A program made the position numbers and the translations under genes. From Podarcis vaucheri (lineage: Eukaryota): a DNA stretch of 64,000 bases. The notes under the pieces are model-generated. The model had not been told where the DNA came from. It ran no database searches and saw nothing but the letters and a program-made list of their open reading frames with translations. Of this stretch, positions 26,031 to 38,275 are shown one piece after another; position 1 is the stretch's first letter, and every line of letters starts with the position of its first letter. The DNA lies in NCBI GenBank assembly GCA_965113315.1, contig OZ220366.1; one strand, written 5' to 3'.

Positions 26031-26776
26031 TGTGACCTTGTGTCGTTAGATGTGAACCATGATTTGTCCAAACTGTATTTTGCCTTCAAACCAGAATTGA
26101 AATCTCACTTCAAAATGTGGTTTCCAATTTGAGCTTTGGCAAATTTGGATATGACCATAAACTATAGTTTACCTCAACCAGAAATTGGAGCAGATGGGGG
26201 AGGAGAATGCAAACCATGGTCATTACATGTAAACTTAGCCAGAGAGTACTTAGAAGCTGACAGATTTTCCTTCATCTTTATGACAGGCCTTCAGTTTCTC
26301 CTTTCCTACCTATAAGGATGGTACTGATTTTTATTTGGCATCATTTGAGTTGTCAAGCCTTGATCATCATTAGAATGTGTCAGTACTACTCGTGATATTA
26401 CACAGTGTTGTCTTGCACTCATAAGTAGGACTCTTCCGTAGCCAAAAGAAAAGCATTTAGACAATCACATTTTGTTTGTTTGGATGTCCTGCAAGATGAT
26501 GCACTTGGGCAGAGTCCAGTCAACTCAAGTCCTATCAAGGCTTCCTTCTGATTATCTATAATTTGTTAATCATGTAAACCTTAAACGGTCCTTGACAAAT
26601 AAGGGATTGACCCAGATGAGCTCTGTGTTTTGAGCATGATTGTAATGTGTCAGTATTTAAAAATATTCAGAGGAATGTAATTTGCAAGTGTTTTTTTCTG
26701 CTTATAGGATTTAACAGCACTAAAAACTAAATCTGGAACACTTTCAGTCTAATTTGTGCCTGTACTTTATATGCAG

Positions 26777-26885
26777 TGCTACCCTCTTGGCTTTCTTGGT
26801 GGAACTTCTTAAGAGTTCAGTTGCCATGCAAGAACAAATGCTGGGTGGAAAAGGATTCCTAGTTATTGGCTATCTCCTTGAAAAG
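26777..26885 (+). CDS. NBEA: NBEA coding exon (109 nt, phase 2-0)
   Basis: atgcag|T...AAG|gtaagt; (C)ATLLAFLVELLKSSVAMQEQMLGGKGFLVIGYLLEK. Confidence 0.97.
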
Positions 26886-27970
26886 GTAAGTTGTATTAAT
26901 ATTATTTTAATAATATTTTACCCAGAACAGATTGAAATTAAACAAATGCGCCACAAACTCCACCATAATTGTTGTATGCAAATGATTTCATATTGGGCTG
27001 GTATATATTGAGCACATTTAGTCACTTAGCCATCAGCTTACTGAAGACTTGAACTCCAAGTTGGCATCTTGTTACATGTGGTTTAGGTCTCTTTATGCTG
27101 ATGGTATTTTGTGTCTTGTAAGAATATTGCTGCTAAAAAAACCCCTTAAATTCATCTGTGAGGAACTAACATGGTTTTGTTTAAAATCTCCGTGTAAACA
27201 CATCCTCAGTTGCACGAACACAGATAACTCTCATTTTTTAAAATCTGCTTTTAGGGAAGACTCTATTTTACTCTCTTTACTAAACCTGAAATGATGTGCT
27301 GGTTGTGCCAAGTGCTACCAGACTTTTTGTTTCTGTTGTTGTTAGGTACTTGCTTCTTTTAAAAAATTCTGTCCCATTGGTCTCAAAATAAGGGCAGCTC
27401 TAGGGCTGGCATACATTTTTGCCTCTTCTGAGGATGTTTCAGGGGAGCAATGGAACTGCAGATATAAGACCTCCCCTGATCCATTCCTACATATCTGTTT
27501 TACATCAGCTGCTTCTGGGGCAGTGACATTGGAGCAGTGATAGTGGTGAAATTTTACATTTCTGCATTGAGGAAACCTTTAGTGGCAGATCTCCTTCTCC
27601 ACCTTTGAGAGGGAGGTCTACGAGCGGAGAAGGAAGGCATCGTCCAATTGCCTCTCATCTGTCCTCAGGTGCCAGGGATTGCTATTTCATCCATTCCTTA
27701 TGAATTGCTGGTCTAGAGGCACTGCATATTCAGAGAAATACTTTTGGGACTACTTGGTGCCAGCATTCTGAGTGGTTTAGTTAGTATTTGTTTGGTTTTA
27801 TTTTGATATGTTTTGTGCTTAAATATTGTTGAATGATGAGTTACTGGTTTTCATTTCAGTAGTTTGCATATATTTGTCTAGCTGATGTGTTTCAGTGTAG
27901 ATAACATATGAAGCCCTCAACATCTTTCAGCACAGATACAGAAGTGAATATGAACTGAAAACCTGAATTA

Positions 27971-28056
27971 TAGCTGTCAACTTTTCCCTTTTCTTTCGAG
28001 GAATCCTATTTGGAATAAGGGAATTTCCCTTAAAAAAAGGGCAACGTTGACAGCTA
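27971..28056. mobile_element. Very short foldback MITE
   Basis: TAGCTGTCAACTTTTCCCTTTT...AAAAGGGCAACGTTGACAGCTA; direct repeat TGAATTATA at 27964 and 28057. Confidence 0.8.
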
Positions 28057-28099
28057 TGAATTATATTATTACATTATTTAATTATTGTAATTTCTTCAG

Positions 28100-28252
28100 T
28101 CATCCAGAGTTCATATAACAAGAGCTGTACTGGAACAGTTTTTATCTTTTGCAAAATATTTGGATGGCCTCTCACATGGAGCACCTTTATTAAAGCAATT
28201 ATGTGATCATATCCTTTTCAACCCTGCTATTTGGATACATACTCCTGCAAAG
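28100..28252 (+). CDS. NBEA: NBEA coding exon (153 nt, phase 0-0)
   Basis: ttcttcag|TCA...AAG|gtcagt; SSRVHITRAVLEQFLSFAKYLDGLSHGAPLLKQLCDHILFNPAIWIHTPAK. Confidence 0.97.
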
Positions 28253-29483
28253 GTCAGTGAATAGTGTGTTGTATAAAGTCCTTATTTACACTGTTGATTT
28301 ATCAGTATAAGCATCACCAGTGTTAAAATAATCAAATGGGCTTCCACTGTGGCTCAATCTAAGTAGCAAAACAACAACAACAAAACTTATGTTTTGCAAA
28401 GTGTAATCCACCCTGATAATTTTATCGAAATGTGAAATATAAATTTATTAACAAACACACACTCCCTATATGAGAGAGATTATTCTATTATATATAGTAT
28501 AAAAATCAGTAGCACATTAGTAACTTGGACTTGTTCTTTTTCTCATATAGAAATTTCAAAATTTCAAGACTACTTCTGAATAGTATAAAAAAGTGAAAAT
28601 CTATAAATTCATTGCCCAAGATACCCTGAAGACTAAAATCCTTTTATTGTCTGAGCTTGTTTAGAAAGGGGCAGGGCTGCACATGACAACCCTACCCCTC
28701 ATATCCCCATGTGTGTCAACTCCACCACTAATCTTTTCCACATTGAAGGTAACATCTGAAGCAAGATTTTTCATGTGTTTGGCTGAGAACACTTAAATTC
28801 CTCTTCAGAATTAGGAAGCCTGACACAGGACTCTCATTTGCTTGGAGGATTATAAGCATGCTCAGCCAGGCTTGCAAAACATCCCCCATCAAGCCTTTCT
28901 ACTCAGTACAGCTCTCTCATTGGACAACAAGTACACCTCTGATGCAGTGCAGTGTGCTCTCACATTTCTCACTTAAGAAATTCTCAAAATAAGGAAGGAA
29001 AGAGCTGCTGTTTGAGCCAGATGTCTTAAGTTTGAAAATGTGAGAAGTAGCATGTAAAATAAATAAATACAGATGAGGGCTCTGGGTTTTTTTAAAAAAA
29101 TTATCAGCATGACTGTACGTAAGTTAGCAAAATTTTGGCTGGATTTATTAGTGATTTAGTTTTTCTTAATAAAAGCAAGATCTGTGATACTTGCTAGGAA
29201 GAATAGATATATATGTATATGAACAACCAACCTCTTTCCCTCCCCCAAATCTTGTGAATTGCTACCATGCTTGTGTAATGATAACTTTAGGTTGAACTAC
29301 AATCTGCAAAAGGTAACTTTTATAATCAATTATTTTATATAGTACACTTCTGAATTTCCCTAATGACTTATGACCATATAAATAGAAAAATGAAATGAGT
29401 TGATACATGATTTATTTACAGTGTAATCAAAATTAGAAATTAAATTTATTTATTCCATGTGTTCTTTTTATAATATTCTTCAG

Positions 29484-29652
29484 GTTCAGCTCTCGCTTTA
29501 TACATACTTGTCTGCTGAATTCATTGGCACTGCTACAATCTACACTACGATACGTAGAGTAGGAACAGTATTACAGTTAATGCACACACTGAAATACTAC
29601 TACTGGGTGGTTAATCCTGCGGATAGCAGTGGCATTACTCCTAAAGGTTTGG
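29484..29652 (+). CDS. NBEA: NBEA coding exon (169 nt, phase 0-1)
   Basis: ttcttcag|GTT...TTG G|gtaagc; [56 protein letters not shown]. Confidence 0.97.
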
Positions 29653-30477
29653 GTAAGCATAATGAACTTAGAAATGGTAGGGGTCTGTAAATAATTGTGT
29701 CAATATGTTCATTTACACTGCTAAAAATAGTTTTCTTATGAGTTGAACTCTGTAACTTCGTAGTAAAAAGCCTATTTTAAACTGATGTTCTCTTTTTGAT
29801 TGATTGCGTAGGAAGCTTTTAATTAGCAGCACAAGGACAATTTGAATAAAGGGAAGTTTGGACATTTGTAATATGCGAAGTATTGTTTTGTGACATATGG
29901 TTTCTAAAGCTAATTTAGAGTGCATTAAATTATGAGAAGAAACTAAAACAGCAGGAACAGATTTAAGATGCAGATTTTAAATACTAGTACAGTATTATGG
30001 TAAATTGGTTGCTAGCAAGTTAAAACATTTAAGGAATATTAACACCACACATTTTAGATATGCTGTAGTGTTATTTTGAAATGTTAATTTCATGCACAGT
30101 ACAATGTTAAATTTGTTGAAGATTCCTAAATAGTTCTCCTGTGGTCTCTACTCAGTTCTTATCTTTCTTGAACTGTTATCCCCTTCAGTATAGCTTATTA
30201 TTCTCTCTTGCTTGTCTCCCCCTATGACCATAGGTCTCTGTTCTGCTGTCCTTGGCTGGTTCTCTAATTACTCTTCCATTATTTCCATTGGGGGCAAGTT
30301 TTTCTTATCTCCAGTTGTATCCCTCAGAGATCTTTCCACACTATCCCATAGTTTTGATTATGTGGTGACTTTCCTTAAACCCTTACTTTTACACTTGGGT
30401 TTTGTCTTCTTATCCTTAGCTTCAGAGCCTTGGTGGGGACACCCCTATTATTTATTTGCTTTTATATCCTGATGCAT

Positions 30478-30730
30478 TATAGAATCATAGTTTGAAGGAA
30501 CCTCCAAGCCCTCAGTCAGTTCGGGAATCTTGTAACCACAGCATTCCTGGCAGAGTAAATGCCAGCCTTTCCAGCAAAGGAGGGACAATCAGCTCTCGAA
30601 GTGATCTCTGTTTCCACTTTTAGCAGTTCTTGCCACTAGGGCATTTCTTCTAATGTTTAGCTAAAATTTGATGTCCTACAATTTCCAGCCATTGGTTTCA
30701 ATCCTGCCATTTAGAGCAACAGAGAGAAAC
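30478..30730 (-). mobile_element. Degraded CR1 3' fragment
   Basis: atagaatcatag...ttctaatgtttagctaaaat...ccagccattggttt, the reverse complement of a CR1 end. Confidence 0.65.
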
Positions 30731-30977
30731 TAAGAGAGAGAAACTAAGTGTATGCATTTCTGAAGTGGATTTTTCAGTTTACCCACACTCACATCACTCT
30801 CCTTTCTCTGTTGTCTCCTTTAGGTCAAATTGTAGATTGTAATCCCTTTAGGGCTGTGATGTGTCCTAATGCATGAAGTTTTAAAAAGTGCAAATCAATG
30901 GCAGTACATAAAAAATGCTGAAGTCACTTAAATTTGTTGCGTATGTTACATTTAAGCTGCCCTTTCATGTTTTTCAG

Positions 30978-31057
30978 AAGGTCCTCGGCCATCACAGAAG
31001 GAAATCATATCACTGCGTGCATTCATGCTTTTATTTTTGAAACAGCTGATTTTGAAG
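30978..31057 (+). CDS. NBEA: NBEA coding exon (80 nt, phase 1-0)
   Basis: ttttcag|AA...AAG|gtaaca; (E)GPRPSQKEIISLRAFMLLFLKQLILK. Confidence 0.96.
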
Positions 31058-31181
31058 GTAACATTTAAAAATATTATTGGGCATAGCAAATGACAATAAA
31101 CATCTGGTGTTAAAACTTCATTGATGATGAAATCTTAAATTGGTCAAATTGTAACAAAGATCAATTAAATCATTTCTGTAG

Positions 31182-31244
31182 GATCGAGGTGTCAAAGAAG
31201 ATGAACTACAAAGTATATTAAATTATTTGCTAACAATGCACGAG
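31182..31244 (+). CDS. NBEA: NBEA coding exon (63 nt, phase 0-0)
   Basis: ctgtag|GAT...GAG|gtaagc; DRGVKEDELQSILNYLLTMHE. Confidence 0.97.
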
Positions 31245-31341
31245 GTAAGCTTGTAAAAGTTAAAAATACAGATCTCTTAACTTGTATTTTGTGTTAACTT
31301 CACAGAAATAGTATTTCTCTAATATCTTATGTGTTATTTAG

Positions 31342-31439
31342 GATGAAAACATACATGATGTACTTCAGCTGCTAGTGGCATTAATGTCTGAACATCCAGC
31401 ATCCATGATACCTGCCTTTGATCAACGAAATGGGATACG
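31342..31439 (+). CDS. NBEA: NBEA coding exon (98 nt, phase 0-2)
   Basis: atttag|GAT...CG|gtaaaa; [32 protein letters not shown](R). Confidence 0.97.
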
Positions 31440-32457
31440 GTAAAATTAACAACAATAATATTCTCTCATTTTCCTTAGAAATGAACTTTGTAATATTCTA
31501 TGTCTTCAAATAGATTTAATGCATCATAGCAATTAATTAGTATGCATGACATATAATTCAGAATTTACCAATGTATAATAATTCAAAATAAAACAATATA
31601 ATATATTTTCTAGTTAAAAGTTTATGTTTGATATGCTGTACAGGTGGTTCATTCAGTTTTTACAGGTAGAAATTACAGTAGTCAGTGATATCCCTGCAGT
31701 TAAAAAAAAATCTTACAAACATAAGTGTGGGTGACATACTTCGTTTTCCTGCAAAGTTTTATTTAAAACAACGATAAAACAACTACATACAATCAGAGAA
31801 TCGTCTCTGAATATTCCACAGAGCTTTGTCAAAGTGAATATGCTAAAATCACCACAAACACCAAATGATACATAATATCCTCCATAGTCCAAGTGAAAGA
31901 AGTGTGCATGGCATGCTTTTATTGTAGAAACGTGTGCAAATAAAAGATGCTTCTGTAAAAATGTATGGCATGCCAAAGGTTTTCATAGTAAACTGAACCA
32001 CTGTGATTGATATGGATGAGGCTGAGGTGTCCTGCTTGCCAGTGCTGACCCAGTAGCAGCAGGAAACTCCATAATTGAGGAATGCCCCAATGCACCCATT
32101 CACACTGCAGCTGGATGAAAGCTGCTGCCTACAGTATCCCTGTTGGCAATAGCCAGTGGAAAAATTGTCAGTTGGGCTATCGAGGGGGTAAGGTAGGGCT
32201 GTGCAAGCAATGAGTCTGGTTCATACCTCTTTGCTGTACCAGCTTGGGATCTTGGGTGGCAAATAAATATTTTCTTTTTGCTCTAGCCACCCAGGTCAAC
32301 ACAAGCAGCAGGGTTTGGTGACCTCACTCTGATCTGTTAAGCTCTACCAGTGTTGACCAGGGGCTTAGATTGCCTTCGTAGTCTTGATTTACTTGTACCT
32401 CCCCCAAAAAGGAATTGTTTTTCTGAGTGACTCCTTTTGTCTGATTTTATCTTGCAG

Positions 32458-32550
32458 AGTGATTTATAAATTATTGGCCTCAAAAAGCGAGAGCATCTGG
32501 GTGCAGGCACTGAAGGTGCTAGGATATTTTCTCAAACACCTGGGCCATAA
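32458..32550 (+). CDS. NBEA: NBEA coding exon (93 nt, phase 2-2)
   Basis: cttgcag|A...AA|gtaagt; VIYKLLASKSESIWVQALKVLGYFLKHLGH(K). Confidence 0.97.
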
Positions 32551-33100
32551 GTAAGTGCACTGATTCAATTACTAATATGTTCTTCAGACAACTAAACAAA
32601 AGGGTCTGAGATACAAAATTTTCCATTCAAAATTGACATTTTTTTTAACCTTAAAAAGTATAGTTTTGTCATTTATTTATTTTTTTAGCTCTTTTAATTT
32701 AATTAATATTTTATTCATCTTTCTCACTATTCCAAAGTGTAGAAGTTGTGGAATACTTTGATAGCAATCTATTTTATCCTGTCAAAAGCTATGTAAGGTC
32801 GTAAAAATTGAGAATTTTAAAACCAGTGAATTTACTAGTTTGTCAAATTGAGACTTGCTGAATTTGTTTTAGTTTTGGAACAAAAATATATTTTATATTA
32901 CAATAGATGCAATGGAAATTTCTTTAAACCAATCTCAAATGAAAACCTCTTCTTCGTTTTTGAACAAATTTTGATGGGCACAAATCTTTTTTTCAACAAT
33001 TTTTTTATTATTATTTAAATACAATAATTTGTTATCTCTATTAAACAGATCAACAACTGATTTTTCTCTTGGTAAATTCCATATTTATGTTTTTCTCTAG

Positions 33101-33209
33101 GCGAAAAGTTGAAATCATGCATACTCACAGTCTGTTCACACTTCTTGGAGAGAGATTGATGTTGCATACGAATACTGTGACCATTACAACTTACAACACA
33201 CTTTATGAG
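33101..33209 (+). CDS. NBEA: NBEA coding exon (109 nt, phase 2-0)
   Basis: ctctag|G...GAG|gtacgc; RKVEIMHTHSLFTLLGERLMLHTNTVTITTYNTLYE. Confidence 0.97.
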
Positions 33210-33303
33210 GTACGCATTACTCTAGTGCTATCAAATTCATTTGTAAATGATTTGGTGTAAAACTGCTGGTCAGAGAAGGAAATGTAACATTCTTGTATTG
33301 TAG

Positions 33304-33385
33304 ATTTTGACAGAACAAGTATGTACACAAGTCGTTCATAAACCACACCCAGAGCCGGATTCTACAGTGAAAATTCAGAATCCAA
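33304..33385 (+). CDS. NBEA: NBEA coding exon (82 nt, phase 0-1)
   Basis: ttgtag|ATT...CCA A|gtaaga; ILTEQVCTQVVHKPHPEPDSTVKIQNP. Confidence 0.97.
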
Positions 33386-34000
33386 GTAAGAATATTTTGA
33401 TATTGAGACATTGTTGTATTTTTTTTTTAAGTCAATCATATCTTACATAGGAACATTTTCATTAAGTCCTTTGGATGAATGCTTGATTATAGGCAATTGA
33501 CAACCTACAGGTTGTTATCAAACTACTTGAGGAATGCTGTTTCAGAGTTTCCTCTGTCCTGATAGAAAGCTAGATAGATTCCAGAGTGTATGAATAATGT
33601 AAGGATTACTCCTCTGTTGTGTTCTACTCTTTCCTTACTCCTTTAATTTTCATGTTACTATTTTTTGAACTCCCCCTGCCTTCCAATTTCATCTCATCCA
33701 CCATTACAAGCCGAAAGTTGATAGGAAAGAAAACTGTGATAAGCTTGGGGAAAGAAGTTTCCTGATGTGATCCATCCTTTCCATCCCCTCCTTTTGAAAA
33801 GGGGATGGTGTTCATAATATATTGGGCTCTTGGCAGAAATGACTGCTGGTTATGACTTTAAAGAAGCTCAGATTTTTAGTATTTTTGAATTAAGTATAGT
33901 ATGCTAGTTAGAATTTATTTTGGAACAGGTAGCTAAAATGGTAGATGCTCCCTTTCTGTCTCTTTCAATATATCAGTCTATTTATAAGGTTATATATTTT

Positions 34001-34354
34001 AGGATGCGGGTGGCGCTGTGGTCTAAACCACAGAGTTTAGGGCTTGCCGATGAGAAGGTCAGCGGTTTGAATCCTTGCAACGGGGTGAGCTCTTGTTGCT
34101 TGGTCCCTGCTCCTGCCAATCTAGCAGTTCCAAAGCACGTCAAAGTGCAAGTAGATAAATAGGTACCTCTCCGCCGGGAAGGTAAACAGCATTTCCGTGT
34201 GCTGCTCTGGTTTGCCAGAAGCGGCTTAGTCATGCTGGCCACATGACCTGGAAGCTGTACGCCGGCTCCCTTGGCCAATGAAGTGAGATGAGCGCCGCAA
34301 CCCCAGAGTCGTCCGCGACTGGACCTAATGGTCAGGGGTCCCTTTACCTTTACC
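34001..34354 (+). mobile_element. Sauria (Squam1) SINE
   Basis: ggatgcgggtggcgctgtggtctaaaccac...ggggtccctttacctttacct; similar to the copies at 14856 and 46953. Confidence 0.92.
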
Positions 34355-34529
34355 TATATGGTAGGAAACTTATGCCTATACCTATATGGTAGGAAACTTA
34401 TTTACCTTCATATTTTAGGAAACAACCGCATTTGCACAGTTTTATAGAAGCTAAAACAATTCGGTCTAATTCATTGACTTTGTTTCTTAATTATTCAAAA
34501 ATATAATTCATGCATTTTCTCTTTTAAAG

Positions 34530-34653
34530 TGATTCTCAAGGTTGTGGCAACTTTATTAAAGAATTCAACTCCAAGTGCAGAACTAATGGAAGTTCGCCGT
34601 TTGTTTTTATCAGATATGATAAAACTTTTCAGTAACAGCCGTGAAAATAGGAG
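34530..34653 (+). CDS. NBEA: NBEA coding exon (124 nt, phase 1-2)
   Basis: ttttaaag|TG...AG|gtatgc; (M)ILKVVATLLKNSTPSAELMEVRRLFLSDMIKLFSNSRENR(R). Confidence 0.97.
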
Positions 34654-34994
34654 GTATGCCAGTAATCTTTATTCACTTTTGTTTGTGAAGCTCAACAAGG
34701 TTATTTTCATCTGGGTGGAGGGGTGTTCAGCTATAGTTGTGTAAATTCAGCTTTATGTAACCTTCTGAAAAAATCCAGAAAGAATAATTACAAATCTCAG
34801 CATATTTTCCATGGATGTGTAATGTGATGCTGAGAGGCAAACAAAACTGAATTAAAAGAAATACAAGTTGTAATATTTTAGAATGGAATGCTTTGAATGA
34901 ATATTTTGAATGAAATATTCAGGCTTTCCTTACATCTGTAACAAATGGAAAAGTTCAAATGCCATGTGATCATATTGTAACTATTTTATTTTAG

Positions 34995-35187
34995 ATGTTT
35001 ACTTCAGTGTTCGGTGTGGCAGGACTGGATGTTTTCTCTGGGATATATCAACCCAAAGAACTCTGAAGAACAGAAAATTACTGAGATGGTGTACAACATC
35101 TTCCGCATTCTTTTGTACCATGCAATAAAGTATGAGTGGGGAGGATGGAGGGTCTGGGTTGATACTCTTTCTATAGCCCATTCCAAG
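34995..35187 (+). CDS. NBEA: NBEA coding exon (193 nt, phase 2-0)
   Basis: ttttag|A...AAG|gtaaga; [64 protein letters not shown]. Confidence 0.97.
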
Positions 35188-36308
35188 GTAAGAGTCAGTT
35201 TCGGAAGTTCGGTTTAGCTGCTGTTATAGTAGTCAACATGTCATAGATAGAATTTAGTGCCATCTTGTGGATAGTATGAAATATGACCAGTTACCACTGC
35301 CTTGGATTATTTACACTATAGTTCTTCCATCAGCTGCATCTGTGCAATTAAACATAGCAATATACAATTATAGTCTTTAACATATCATATAGATCTGCTT
35401 TCCATAATTTGGTATCTTAACTCAAAATTCAACATCTTAACACAGCGTGTATGAACACTCACAGAAATGTTGTTAAATAATATTACTATATTACTAGTTA
35501 AATAAAGGAGAAATACTGATAATTGAGTATAATACAAAAATCCTCTAAATTGTGGAAATTTTAAATTTTCTTTGCATTATTCAATAAAATATTAAATAAA
35601 AAATATTTTTAAGATACCTTGCTGTTGTTTCCCTTCCATAGTTCTTATGTAGTGAACCAATTTCGCAATTAATTTGGATTCCTAGATTTTATCAATCTTT
35701 TCATTGATAGTTGGTATAATCAGTGCATCATGGTTGCATCCAATGCTTGTGGATCAGTTGTCCAGTATAACTCCCCCTTCCTCTTCCTTCCCCTGTAGCT
35801 CCCCATGCACCATCAAAATCTGTCCAGATGGTTGAGGGACCCCCAGGAGGAGATTTGGGGAGTTCAGGGGAAGGTGATAGGAAGGGGAAGTCCCATTGTT
35901 CAAGTAGAGCTCAGAGCATAATGTTGGATACAGGCATTTACTTTTACAGATAGGAAAAGTTTTTCCCACTGAGATATAAAACTTATGTAAGTAATGTAGT
36001 CTACTTATAATTGTTTTCATAAAGATTTTTCATATTATATGTCAATTTTATTTAAATGCTAAGTATCTTATCACTTTTTTCCTCCACTTACATTTAAATT
36101 TTTACTTTATCTGTTTTTCTGAGTTCTTGGTGACATTTGCCCCTAATAGTTCCATTTCCCCCCTTTGTTAATAACCTGCTAAGGGCCCATACTCTGTTCT
36201 GTTTCACTCAAGGATCACAGTGGCTTGATAGTGTTCCAACAGTTTTAATGTTAGTTTAATGTGTAAGTATTGACTTTTCTCCTAAAATTTTAATTTGTTT
36301 GTATTAAG

Positions 36309-37325
36309 GTCACCTATGAAGCTCACAAAGAGTACCTAGCAAAAATGTACGAGGAATATCAAAGACAAGAAGAGGAGAATATAAAGAAGGGGAAAAAGGG
36401 GAATGTTAGCACTATCTCAGGCCTTTCAGCTCAGACAACAGGAGCAAAAGGTGGAATAGAAATTCGTGAAATTGAAGATCTTTCACAAAGCCAAAGCCCA
36501 GAAAGTGAAACGGACTACCCTGTTGGTACAGATACTAGGGATTTACTTATTGCAACAAAAGTATCTGATGATGTGCTTGGAAGCGCAGATAGACCAGGGG
36601 GTGGTGTGCATGTAGAAGTTCACGATCTATTAGTTGATATAAAAGCAGAAAAGGTAGAAGCCACAGAAGTAAAGCTGGACGATATGGATTTATCACCAGA
36701 GACTTTGGTAACCAGAGAGAATGGTGCCCTTGTGGAAGTAGAATCCTTATTGGACAATGTATATAGTGCTGCAGTTGAAAAACTTCAGAACAATGTTCAC
36801 GGAAGTGTAGGCATAATTAAGAAAAGTGAAGAGAAGGACAATGGTCCCTTGATAACACTAGCTGATGAGAAAGATGAACCTTCTAACAATACCTCATTTC
36901 TTTTTGATAAAATACCCAGCCAAGAGGAGAAATTGCTCCCTGAACTGTCCAGCAATCACATTACTATTGCAAATATGCAAGAGACTCAGATGCACCTTGG
37001 TGTGAATGATGACCTTGGACTCCTTGCTCACATGACTGGTAGTGCTGACATAGCATGTAGCTCGAGCATAATAGAAGATAAAGAATTCAAGATTCATACC
37101 TCTGTGGATGCAATGGGCACAATTTCTGAGAGAGACCTGGCTTCATCATCCAAAGGATTAGAATATGCAGAAATGGTTGCTACAACTCTTGAGACTGAGT
37201 CTTCTAGTGGTAAAACTGTACCAAATGTAGATGCAGGGAGTATGATATCAGATACGGAAAGATCTGATGATGGGAAAGAAGTGGGGAAGGAAATAAGAAA
37301 AATCCAAACCACCACTACAACCCAA
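36309..37325 (+). CDS. NBEA: NBEA large coding exon (1017 nt, phase 0-0) containing the PKA-RII-binding (AKAP) region
   Basis: gtattaag|GTC...CAA|gtaagt; VTYEAHKEYLAKMYEEYQRQ...KIQTTTTTQ; coincides with ORF 36345-37346. Confidence 0.98.
36735..36794 (+). other. NBEA: AKAP amphipathic helix (PKA RII docking) coding segment EVESLLDNVYSAAVEKLQNN
   Basis: Translation is seen directly. Assignment as the RII-binding helix is recalled knowledge of neurobeachin plus the hydrophobic periodicity. Confidence 0.75.
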
Positions 37326-37466
37326 GTAAGTTTTTTGGTACAATGACAATGTTACTATATTATTAAATTTATTAATAAAGTGTGTGTTTATATTTTAGGT
37401 ATATCAGTTTTAAAAGAGAAGTAAATGCCTAGATAACCTCACTCAGCAGTTTCATGTAGATACGAA

Positions 37467-37594
37467 TCGGTGTAGAGCATGAGACTGTTCATCTCCGTGT
37501 CTTGGGTTTGAGTCCTTCATTGGGCGAAGGCTTCCTGCCTTGCAGGGGGTTGGACTAAATGACCCTCATGGTTCTTTCTAACTCTACAATTCTA
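37467..37594 (+). mobile_element. SINE with tRNA-Lys-derived head and CR1 3' tail
   Basis: TCGGTGTAGAGCATGAGACTGTTCATCTCCGTGTCTTGGGTTTGAGTCCTTCATTGGGCG resembles tRNA-Lys(CTT), followed by the CR1 tail. Confidence 0.8.
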
Positions 37595-38275
37595 GGAAAT
37601 AAAACGAGTCAAGGACAGAGGCTACTAGAATGAAATGAGATGGAAACATGCAGACCTCCATAGTGCAAATGCCATGGAGAGGAGCAAACCTTCTGGCATT
37701 GCAAATAGCAGTGAAACTACTGTAACACTCTGCCATGACTCCCAAGCAATCAACCCGAGTGTGCTTTCTCTTAAACGTTATATTCCCAGAATTTTACAAC
37801 TGAAGAAGACTTTATTGACTTTGTTTCACTCTCACTCTTTGGCATTTATTTAAAATAATAAATAAAGCTGTCACCATGTAGCATTGGAGAAACATTTTTA
37901 TCTAGACATTACTCAGTACTGTTTCAGTAAGAAATATACCAAGCATGCTTCCACAGAGAATAGCAAATTTTCTAACTGTGAAGGATCTAAGTTTAGATCA
38001 GAAAAACATTAAACAGTAGCCAGGAATAGACCATAAAGTGAGCACTGTGCAGATAATCGCAGAAATTCATTCTGAATCCCTTTGGGAATTAGACTGAAAG
38101 GAAGGAGGAACGTGGGGGTTTAGGATAGTTACCCAGTCATAAAAAAGACACTATGCACAATTCCAGAAGATGTTGTTCTGGCATGTAAGGCAGGCTGGGT
38201 CAGTATAATGATCAATGTACTGCAGATGTGGGGCTGAGGGAAACTAGTTTGCTGAAGACCTCTTGGTGATTTAAG

